Origin: Phoronis australis
Lineage: Eukaryota; Animalia; Phoronida
Direction of reading: 5' to 3'
Assembly (NCBI GenBank): GCA_002633005.1
Contig: NMRA01000749.1
Span: forward strand, 1-64,000
Length of the DNA stretch: 64,000 bases
Shown here in pieces: positions 11,101-23,100 of the stretch; positions within the stretch are counted from its first letter, which is position 1; the number at the start of each line of letters is the position of its first letter. Made by a program: the position numbers and the translations under genes. The notes below the pieces were generated by a model that was given only the letters and a program-made list of their open reading frames with translations, was not told the origin of the DNA and searched no databases.

Positions 11101-14100
11101 AATTCATGGGAAATTGAGGGCTGCTTGAAATACTTCAGATTCTGATCTGTTGGGGTGCTGCTTGAGATAACCGCTACCTCACAATTCTTTGTGTATACGA
11201 CGGCTCTGACTATCTGGGAAAGGTCAACTGCTGGTGTGGCTGGTCTGGTACTACACCCCCCTTTGAATGATATGAACTCACATGATGCTTGCGACCATTT
11301 ATTGCATCATTCATGGAAAGCTTCTTGATGAATCGTTATTAGTCAATCATACAAGATATAGATTGTCAGGATTGATAGTGAACCTTGCATGATAAATTAC
11401 ACAAACCGTTGGATACAAATTCTTTTCAAACATTTTTGAATTTAATTTAACAGTATTTTAAGCTAAGTTACGGTCCACAAAAATTGCCCATTTACCATGT
11501 TTCAGATTCAGGAGTGGTATCGTGTACAGCTTGTGGCAGGCAAGTTAACCACCACTTCCGCTCAGAGATCCACAGACATCCAGCTCTTCATGTGCTTGTG
11601 TGCAAGGTATATACATCAGTCCTACTTCTTTCCTTTAATTTTCTCTTGATGGGGAGTTTGTGATGACTACAAAAATGACATATACAATTATAAAAGAAAG
11701 GTCGTAGTAATTGTATTTGTCGTGTATACGATTGTATTTGTAGTGTATACGATTGTGTTGAAATTGTGTAAGTAAGAATTACTAGTCTTCATACAGGCCA
11801 CATGTTGGTCGCATCACGTGACCCGTAGTTAGAATCTGTGCAGCACACAAAAACTTTGGTTTGATTTGTTTTTAAATCACTTTACTTAACTCGAATCCAG
11901 CAGCTTTAAAGTTTGGACTGAGTGGACACTTATCTTGACTGAGTAGTGGGTTTATAGACATGGAACACATTTGAATTGCATGTAGGAGTTGATGCCTTTG
12001 TGTGGTTAAGAACTAAAAATTCTTAATTTGCTGCTGAAAATTATCGAAATAGTTTTGTGAAAATGGTATGCTACTCTGGAACAGAAACTAGATAAGTGAA
12101 AAATTTTGTTTTTCTAATAAAACACTGTTTTAAAATGAATTTTTTGTCCATGTTGCATTTTTATCTTGGGTCCTTTCATCATTATTCTGCTCTCATAGAC
12201 ATGTTACAAGTTCTACAACAGCGATGCGTTCGACCAGGACTCCAATGGACTAGACGAGCAGTGTAGATGGTGCGGCCAGGGAGGCAATCTTCTCTGCTGT
12301 GACTTCTGTCACAATTCGTTCTGCAAGAGGTGTGTCACACGCAACATGGGCCGTGCCGAGCTCTCGTCCATTGTCAACGCAGGTAATCCATGACGGTTGT
12401 TTGTGTGAGGGTGGCAATATAGTTGCAGTGTATTCACGCAACCCTTTGAAGTGTTGAAATAACAAGATTGGCAACTTATAAGGCTGTGAAAAGTAAATGT
12501 TTGACCAACTGTAGTGCTCAATGAGCTGTTTTGATCTTCCATTTCCTTTATGTGAGCAGATGAGTCTTTCGACTGGCGCTGAATAGGACGCTAGTCCAAC
12601 ACAAATTTGTGGCTATGCGAGTAAATCATTTTTCGTTAAATCAAAAGCATTTGTTATATCACCTGCTATCAAGGAGATAGCCCCCAACTGTGGGAGGTAG
12701 CAACATATTTGGTGAAGCCAGAGTCATAAATTTTTGTGCTGAGCTGTGGAAATTATGAAATTTCTTTACAGTGTACTGTCCAATTCCAGTTATCAGAATG
12801 TCCAAACTTTTCAAGTGACCAATCTTACTAGGTTCTGCTATAGTTTTCATGTGTTCATGTTTCAGACGAGGATGAAAAATGGAAGTGCTATGTATGCAAG
12901 CCAATGCCGCTTAGGGATCTAGTCGAGGAGTGCAATAAAGTCTTTGATGAACTGGAGAAGGAGAAGAGACCAGACCATCATCCGGTTCAGCATCAGAAAT
13001 CCAAGATTAAAGTCTTGGCCGACATCGACAACATCACACTGCCCATCAGCTCTATTGGTAGAGTACTGAAACAGTTGTCCAAGGCAACGTCCAGTTTCAC
13101 TTTGGTACTCAAGAAACTACTGGCCAAGAGCAGTGTTGCCGATTCCGTGGCCAAAGATGGGAAGGAAAAGGAGGCGAGAAAAAAACGAAAGAAGGTAGCG
13201 AAGAAGCTTCAAAACGCTCTAGGGCCGTTCGTGAAAATGTTAGAGTTGGCTCTAGCGCAGCCAGAAGACGCTAAGAAGCCATTAAAGACTGTTGGAGCGA
13301 AGCCATTGGGAGATAAGAAGAATTCCACCGAGGGATGTAATGCTAACTCTGACAAGGTGAAAGTAAAGAAAGAGATAGAGCAAAAGAGATCTTCTGGTAA
13401 AAGTGGGTCTTCCTCTGATGAGACTTCAAAGAGAAGAAACACACCTTTCAAGTCTTCAAAGAATAAGTTAATTGTTAAGTTTGGTTCATCTAAGAAGAAG
13501 AAAAATGAAGGCATCTTGGAAGATGCTTGGGTGGATGTTGTGGACTTGGATGATGACATTGGAGACGTTGATGGGGTGGAAGTTGATGAGATTAAAGAGA
13601 ACTCGAAAGGCAGTGCTGATGAAGATGTGGTCTCAGAAACCTTGGCTAAGATCAAGGAACTGGCACAGTCAGTGTCTACTGATCATGATTTATGTGGCAA
13701 TATTCCAGAGACGAGAAACGATGTGGAAATGGTCTCAGAAGATGAAGAACCAAACACACAAGAGAGGACAGAAGAAGTGAATGGTGATGCTGGTGAGATG
13801 AAGCCTGCCAGAAGGAAGTTGAAGATGGGGAAAGAGAGTCTGCAAGATGATCCATCTTCTAGGTTGACCAAAGATGAGGTTGAGAAATTTGGCAGTGTTG
13901 CGGACCAAGATTTGGAGAAAGTCGGACTTAAAGAGAATGAAAGATTATCCAAAAAGGGACCAAGCCATTCCAAAGAGGTATCTGGTTCTGGTTCTGATGG
14001 AAATGAATCTGAAGGTTCTGGTGAGTGTGTGGAAAAGGCAATGAAACCAGAGAAACAGAAGTCAGCAAGAAATGTGGTGAAATCCATCTCAGCAAGATCT

Positions 14101-17100
14101 TTAAGGAGTAACAAATCAAGAAAGACAACTACTGAGGACCAAGTGTCAGAGAAAGAACAGAAGATTGTCTCTGATGAAGACAATGCGGACAAGGTAGCAA
14201 GAGAGAGAACTAGGGTTTCAAAAGAGGAATCTAGTTCTGCTTCAGATGAGGACCTGTTTGAAGATTCAGACAAAGATGATAATAAGGAGAAAAAGTTGGA
14301 GGTCAGGAAGACAGCAAGACTTGTGATGAAGTCTATTTCTGAAAGTCGACTGACAAGTGTGGAACCGGGTACGAAAGCATCAGACCAGGAAACAAAGCGG
14401 GACAAAGGTGCTAGAAGAATCGAATCTGATAAATCTGATGCAAGCTCAGGCGAAGAGATTGGTGAGGATGAGAAGACATCGAGCAATGTGGCATCCAAGA
14501 AGAAGAAGAAAGCTAGTGCTGAAGGAAAAGGCAAGACAAGCAGAGTTAGGGAGAGAGAGGGCGCTAGTAGTGAGTCCAGTGATGTCAGTGAGGAAGAAGA
14601 AGAGACTGAAATGTCTCAGGCAGCTAGGGTAGGTGTCATGAAAAATTTCACAAGTGTGAGTTCACCTATCTAGGCATCTTCATGTGGATGATCTTTTTGA
14701 TCCTCAAAGAATGGAAAGTACAGCATGGGTGAATTGTTGCTTGTATTTTTATGAGTAGATTGTGCTTCGATTTCCAAATTTTCAGTGTCGCATACTCTTC
14801 ATTACTAGGTTCATCAGCATGCATTTGCTTCACTTAGAACTTAAAATTTTAAAGCTTGCCGCACACTATGTGCCGCAGCTTAACTCGTCTTTGTAGCTTT
14901 CATTCATTCCATCTGGAAACTGACCGTGTCATGTGGTGTGACTTTTTTATTATTACAATAGTATGACTAGGAACTGATGCTTGAAAGGATATTATCGCTG
15001 TGCTTAGAGGTTGACTTGAGCAATAAAGCCAAGTATACTGCACAACATGACTCGGTTGGAGTTGAAATGGTTGTGTTGTGTGTAGTAGCATGTGGCGGAC
15101 TTAAGATTATCCGATCCGTAGCCTGCTTGAGAGATCCATAGCTGTTATCTTTATTTTAGGAGAACAGGGAAGCTGAGATGGAACTACAGCAGGAAGCCAT
15201 GTTGGAGAATGACAGCTCATCCAGTGAATCGGACATCTTTCCTGAATCCACCTCCAAAAGAGGACATGAATCTGGAGCCAAGGGTATGTTGTTACTTTAA
15301 CAAGAATATAAGATGGCTGTATTATTATTTTAAATCTCTGTGAATAATTTTTAAGAAATAGAAATGTAATTTTTTGTCATCTGATGATTTGAATTATTGT
15401 TTGTAGAGGCTACCAGCAGCAAGTCTGTTGGATCAAAGATTAAGGACGTCAAAGTGAAGCTCACGAAGTTAGATCTTCACAAGCTGATGGAGGGCACTGA
15501 TGTCAATGATGATAACGTGCGAGAGAAGCCCGTGGAGAAAACACACGAGAAAAAGAAACGGAAACGTACCCACTCCGACTCTAGTCATAACTCTGAGCTC
15601 GAAGATGAAATCAACCGTCTCGCGAAATTACCTGGAAAGAAAAAGAAGCAGAAAGTGGATGATGACGATAAGGATGAAGATGACCCAGGCAGCGATGGCG
15701 GCATTGAGGAGAAGACGAAGACGACTAAACAAACCAACGGAGGTGGACGAAAACGTAGGTACAAGCGATAACAACCAGGCACCCCGTGTAGAGCTGTCTT
15801 CCTCAGCCATTGAAGCGCAGAACTACGGTAGATTGTCATGGACACGCACTCTACGTATCAATGCATATCTGCTTAATTTTCCGATTTTGTGAAGGCGTTT
15901 TCAGGGCTTTCCAGAAATTACTTTCAGTTCTTTGAAGTATCACAACTATCAACTATTTTGGGATTGTACATGTGCTCCAAATTTTTTTATTCACTGAAAT
16001 GCGTTTGTTTTACCAAGAGTTCTGCGTTACTTATGGCGATTGGAAACAGTTTCATGGAGAGTCCTGGATGTGCTTTATGATACCTGTTGCCTGTTTGTCA
16101 GATTTGAAATACAGTACAACTCTCACAGGTAGGATCTAGCCAGTCCGAGCGATTTATTGGAGCAAAGCGAANTGAAGATGGGGAAAGAGAGTCTGCAAGA
16201 TGATCCATCTTCTGGGTTGACCAAAGATGAGGTTGAGAAATCTGGCAGTGTTGCGGACCAAGATTTGGAGAAAGTTGGACTGAAAGAGAATGAAAGATTA
16301 TCCAAAAAGGGACCAAGCCATTCCAAAGAGGTGTCTGGTTCTGGTTGTGATGAAAATGAATCTGAAGGTTCTGGTGAGTGTGAGGAAAAGGCAACGAAAC
16401 CAGAGAAACTGAAGTCAGCAAGAAATGTGATGAAATCCATCTCAGCAAGATCTTTAAGGAGTAACAAATCAAGAAAGACAACTACTGAGGACCAAGTGTC
16501 AGAGAAAGAACAGAAGATTGTCTCTGATGAGGACAATGCGGACAAGGTAGCCAGAGAGAAAACTAGGGTTTCAAAAGAGGAATCTAGTTCTGCTTCAGAT
16601 GAGGACCTATTTGAAGATTCAGACAAAGATGGTAATAAGGAGAAAAAGTTGGAGGTCAGGAAGACGGCAAGACATGTGATGAAGTCTATTTCTGGAAGTC
16701 GACTGACGAGTGTGGAACCGGGTACGAAAGCATCAGACCAGGAAACAAAGCGGGACAAAGGTGCTAGAAGAATCGAAGCTGATGAATCTGATGCAAGCTC
16801 AGGCGAAGAGATTGGTGAGGATGAGAAGACATCGAGCAATGTGGCATCAAAGAAGAAGAAGAAAGCTAGTGCTGAAGGAAAAGGCAAGACAAGCAGAGTT
16901 AAGGAGAGAGAGGGCGCTAGTAGTGAGTCCAGTGATGTCAGTGAGGAAGAAGAAGAGACTGAAATGTCTCAGGCAGCTAGGGTAGGTGTCATGAAAAATT
17001 TCACAAGTGTGAGTTCACCTATCTAGGCATCTTCATGTAGATGATCTTTTTGACCCTCAAAGAATGGAAAGTACAGCATGGGTGAATTGTTGCTTGTATT

Positions 17101-20100
17101 TTTATGAGTAGATTGTGCTTCGATTTCCAAGTTTTCAGTGTCGCATACTCTTCATTACTAGGTTCATCAGCATGCATTTGCTTCACTAAGAACTTAAAAT
17201 TTTAAAGCTTGCCGCACACTATGTGCCGCAACTTAACTCGTCTTTGTAGCTCTCATTCATTCCATCTGGAAACTGAACGTGTCATGTGGTGTGACTTTTT
17301 TATTATTACAATATTAGGCATATGACAAGGAACTGATGCTTGAAAGGATATTGTCGCTGTGTTTAGAGGTTGACTTGAGCCATGAAGCCAAGTATACTGC
17401 ACAACATGACTCGGCTGAACAGTTGGAGTCGAAATGGTTGTGTTGTGTGTAGCGTGAGGCGGACTTAAGATTATCTGATCCGTAGCCTGCTTGAGAGATC
17501 CATAGCTGTTATCTTTATTTTAGGAGAACAGGGAAGCTGAGATGGAACTACAGCAGGAAGCCATGTTGGAGAATGACAGCTCATCCAGTGAATCGGACAT
17601 CTTTCCTGAATCCACCTCCAAAAGAGGACATGAATCTGGAGCCAAGGGTATGTTGTTACTTTAACAAGAATATAAGATGGCTGTAATATTATTTTCAATC
17701 TCTGTAGATAATTTTTAAGAAATAGAAATGTAATTTTTTGTCAAAGCGTAGACGAAACTTGGGGAAACGGCTCATTTTGTAGGGAAAAAGAGGACAGGCC
17801 TATTTTGCAGTACAATAGACATGTTGGCTTTTGCTTTGTCACTACTTTAGTTTAAGCGAGGAAGTGAGCAGTAACTTTCCGCTGTGATTGGTTTGTTCGG
17901 GTAACTTGGTCGCTGTTGATGTATAAAGGCGAGATGTCACTAGCAATCAATTTCTACACAAAATTGTGTTGGTGCAACCAGAATATCAGAGACCTGGGCT
18001 AAGCTCCGACCACCGCAATACACTAGCTTGCACTTCCAGTGAAAAATCTTCCCACAATTCAACACTCCTACCTCGCCTACCAATCACTTCACTAATTGCC
18101 ATTTTGCTAGGTTAAGCATTTTAGCTCCCCTGCACACTTGAGAAACGCTCACTTTTCACTCGAATAATTTTGCAATGTCTTGCGAGATCTTGATTTTTTC
18201 GGAAGAAACTAGGTCTACGGAACGCTCTCTGGTTATTTTTTAGCCACATTAGCCACGTGACTGTGAAAGTGAGTGCCTCATTGTAACATGTCAGCGTTAA
18301 GAGATTCACAAATCTTGTGTTCATTCATGGCCCTTTGTTTTTTGTGTCTTCCTAAAGTTTCAGCTCAATGGATTCTTGTCAAGAACAGTAATGGTTTTGT
18401 CAGGTACTTCTGAATTCTGATGATTTGAATTATTGTTTGTAGAGGCTACCAGCAGCAAGTCTGTTGGATCAAAGATTAAGGATGTCAAAGTGAAGCTCAC
18501 GAAGTTAGATCTTCACAAGCTGATGGAGGGCACTGGTGTCAATGATGATAACGTGCGAGAGAAGCCCCTGGAGAAAACATCCGAGAAAAAGAAACGGAAA
18601 CGTACCCACTCCGACTCTAGTCACAACTCTGAGCTCGAAGATGAAATCAACCGTCTCGCGAAATTACCTGGAAAGAAAAAGAAGCAGAAAGTGGATGATG
18701 ACGATAAGAATGAAGATGACCCAGGCAGCGATGGCGGCATTGAGGAGAAGACGAAGACGACTAAACAAACCAACGGGGGTGGACCAAAACGTAGGTACAA
18801 GCGATAACGACCAGGCACCCCGTGTAGAGCTGTCTTCCTCAGCCATTGAAGCGCAGAACTACGGTAGATTGTCATGGACACGCACTCTACGTATCAATGC
18901 ATATCTGCTTAATTTTCCGATTTTGTGAAGGCGTTTTCAGGGCTTTCCAGAAATTACTTTCAGTTCTTTGAAGTATCACAACTATCAACTATTTCGGGAT
19001 TGTACATGTGCTCCAAATTTTTTTATTCACTGAAATGCGTTTGTTTTACCAAGAGTTCTGCGTTACTTATGGCGATTGGAAACAGTTTCATGGAGAGTCC
19101 TGGATGTGCTTTATGATACCTGTTGCCTGTTTGTCAGATTTGAAATATAGTACAACTCTCACAGGTAGGATCTAGCCGGTCCGAGCGATTTATTGGAGCA
19201 AAGCGAAGTCCAGCTCACTTGATGAGTTGATTGTGTGTAGTAAAACAAACATACTGTGTAACTCAGTTGGGTTTAAGTCAAGGTCAAAGTCAAGGTCATG
19301 TTACTGTCGGTCCAGGCTAACATTGATTATGTTACCAGCACTTGGTGTTGGGACATGACGAGTATGACGTGCAATTTGTTTTAATACCCAGTATTAGTTG
19401 AAATTTTCACTTCCTGTATTATTAGTGTCTTGTTTACAACAGCATTTGATTGATCAAAAACCTTACTATGTATTGAGGAGAGGCAATGCAGACGAGTTAC
19501 GTAGTTAGTGACCCCTTTAGGTACAGTAAAATCTTGTCAATTTAAAACACAATATGGCTAACAGTTGAAATTTTTTTCGTTTACTTCGTTTAATTTAAAA
19601 AAGTATTTTTATCATGTACCAGAAAATGTATAAATTCTGATCATTAACAGCAATATTAACTTACAAGTTTGAAAATTGAAAAGAGATAATCAATTTTGGC
19701 AATTTATTTGTCTGAAGTCGGTAAGATTTGACAATAGTTATTATACCAGATTATTACCAGCCAGTTCCTCAAGTGCTGACTTGCTTTGTGATGTGGGCCA
19801 ACATAATTCAAAGTTGTAGAAATTATTGACTCGTAATTTTGTTATCTTGTATTGTAATCAGACGTAGTTATGTGTTGCACTCCTTTGTTGTTCAGTGTTT
19901 CTCTCCGTTGTTTTACTGCGTTGCATTCTGGGCTTGTGCAGTCCGATCCTGCTTGTCAAACTGCCTTGATTGTGGTCAGATAGTAAATTTTGTCGTGATT
20001 CGCAGAGACGAGTCTGACTAGTACATTGTTTGTGTCATACTCAAAGTTAGTAAGTGGGTAGCAGCTGTGCTGAACTTGGTTTGGTGTTTGAATTGAGCAG

Positions 20101-23100
20101 TAGCATGATTTTGCAGTGTTTGCCATAATTATGTTTTGGAGGCTATTCTTTTTAATGAAACTATTTTGTAATTATTTTCTACTTGAACTAGTGTTGGTGA
20201 AAAAATTCAAAATCAATTTTATGGAAAATCTCGTTTTCCAGTGAGCAGTTGTTGTCTGATTATCTGAGGCTATTTTACATAAATAAAATAAAAATAAAAT
20301 ACTTATGATCGTACTTTCCTTTAAGATTTGTTCTCGTCATTCTGATATGACAAATATTGCCGTTGAAAGTGAATTATGTGAGTTACAAATGTGGTTTTCC
20401 ATTCCCATTCCATGTAATGACCTCGGCCATAATCGAGGGGAATTGTGATAAAGAAAGATGTCGGTCTTCCAGAATTTGGAATAATTTACGCAGTGCTTTC
20501 AGTTTTTGAAGTACTTTATTTTTACAGCCCACACTCAACTTACATATCTGACTGATGTTTATTAAAGTATCCTGCAAAAATAATTTCATTTTTTAATTAT
20601 GAGTTTTCCCTGTAATAGTATGAGGACCCCATAGTTTGATTGCCTTTGAATCTATGGGTATCCGTGCGGAACTGCTTACAGGTAGTGGGTTATCATATAT
20701 CAAGATTTTCATATTTCATTTTGATAAGAATATTTATAACCTAAGTCAAAACAGAATCTTCATGTCGAAAATTCGAAGTTCAAAACTTTATTTTGGAGAC
20801 TTGGAGTTTCTTTTGGTTATCAATATAAAATCACTTAAAAATGAAAGGTATCTGGACTTGGAAAACGGTAATGGCTTGAATTTTAGTTTTTAATTTTATA
20901 GACCAAAATTTGGATAGTTCCCTGTAGTTGTCTGTTAGATTGCCCAAATCATGGGCATTCATGTCTGCTGCTAGTCAAAATCCGAGTTTGGTATCCATTT
21001 AACTATCGTGTGCATTTGTTTTAAAACACTTTACCAGGTCTTTTGAACACAATCATGGTTTTCGTACTATACATCAAAGCTTTTTAACTTAGCTGAGAAC
21101 ACTGAGAATGACAAGCCCACCAAACAGAAGAAGAAAGATGAGGACAGTGAAGAAAGCAGTTCCAGCTCAAGTGAAAGTAGTTCTGATGAAGCAGACGAGA
21201 TGGATGAAGAAATGACAGCGGAATCCAAGGTGAGTTGGCCCTATGGTGTCTTGAAATTTCTGTCAAGTTCACAACTTCACGCAAAACAATTACCAAAACA
21301 TAAACAATATGCTTATAGGATCAAGATAAGGCACACTTTTATTAATTTATAACGTGATCATTTCAGTCTCGTGACTTTCTGGCCTTTAACTAGCTGTTAG
21401 TCTCTTCAGTGGCACATTTAAACTAGATTGTTGGAATGAAGATAATTTATGTGACACATTCTCAAAAAATCTGGAATATTTGATAGTGAAATCTTGTATT
21501 TGTGGTCTGTGGCCTTATGTCTTGAAGTAAAGCTGTACTTTTTACTCAGATGTAAGTTCATTTATCATTTTACAAGACCAGTGTTTTCTGACAATCACTG
21601 TTAATGCAGATGGCAATGTCGTTACGATGACGATGATAGTAAATATAAATGAAAAAAGAATGAAAATGGCAGCTACCGGAGAAAGGGCTCCATGACGTGC
21701 TGAGAGTTTATTAAGAAAACAACAAATACAATTAGAGATAGGTGGCATTAACAATCGAGCATACATATTACAACTAAACAATCAGCCATGACCAAAGTGT
21801 TAAGTTCTGTGAAAGTTCACCAAAATATTGACGGCTGTAACGGCTCCATGAAAATATTAAATGAATATAAAAAATGACCAAAGAAAAACACCACTTATGC
21901 AAATTTCATACTACAATTCATGCTTTTGTGCACACCAAAATGCAAATGACCCCAGTATAATAGTTACTCTTGTACCAAGTTTTGCTGTGCTTCACTCCTT
22001 GAAATGCAGTGACTTGACAGCTATAGCAAAAAGTAATTCTAAACTAATACTTCACATCAAGATGGTTTCAAGCTAAGTATGGTCTTGGTTTCCCATCCTG
22101 GTGGTGCTAGGAGTTGCTGATGTCATTTGATCACTCACTGCTGAACTTTTTGCGGATGGAGGGCAGACGTTAGCATTGTAGATCATCAGCCTTTCTTGTG
22201 TACAAAACTGATTAAAGTGCGACACTTTTAGATGCTCTCTAGATGTATGCAGACTCACTCACTCACTATTTATGTCTTATCTTTGTAATTTGCCGTGTAC
22301 CTGCCCAGTTGAAGGTAGATGTGGCCTGTATGAAGTTAGTAATTAGTCAACACTGGTGCTTTTAATGAGTTTTGCTATGAATTGTGGGAAATCTGTCCTT
22401 CACAGCATGTATGGAGAAGAGCGTCTTGTCCGCCTCTTTTCTGTGATGAGCATTCGTAAGTTTTCTTTTCTCTGTAAAATGGTCAGCTGCCATGCTTACG
22501 TTTCTCAGTGCCTGTACAGAGGTATTTTGACTTTGTGATGACAGGTGGGTGACTCCTCGCAGTTAATTCCTTCATCCGTTGGTGCTGATGACGACGATGA
22601 GGATGACAACGAAGAAAACAGACTCGCCCGACAAGCGATGTTAGCCGAGATGGATACCAGCAGCTCGAACGCTTCCTCAACAGAAGGCGATAGCTCCTCT
22701 GATGAAAGTAAGTCAATAACATACTCAACTCTGGTGTTGTCTTATAAGTTTATGTATAAATATACAGATTAGTTGGTCACATGTTTATGTATAAATATAC
22801 ACCAGGGATATACCAGAGCTGCCAACCGTTCCGTTTTTACGGGACGCGTTCCGTATTTGAGAGGGAAAATCTGTGTTCCGGGCGCTTTTTGAAAAATCTG
22901 TATTTTCAAACTCGAAAAATCCGTATTTTAAAGTCTTTAAAATCATAGAAAATACGCGGCGCATTCCAGCGTTATGTTTTCTTTCCCACACTCTAAGGCT
23001 TGGAGCTGCGGCGAAATCTAGGTCAAACCACCGAGTACCGCCCTCTTTGAATAATTTAATTGATGACTAAGTATGTCTCAAATATTTTATCCAATGAGAA

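Noticed and set aside
15755-15771. ATRXt-like truncated isoform via the stop just after exon 8
   Set aside because: A nearby in-frame intronic stop is expected by chance; the AAC|GTAGGT donor matches the next exon's phase; no transcript evidence.
13209-16887. Long minus-strand S/F/L-rich ORFs (148, 283, 254 aa)
   Set aside because: Antisense shadows of the K/E/D-rich ATRX exon.
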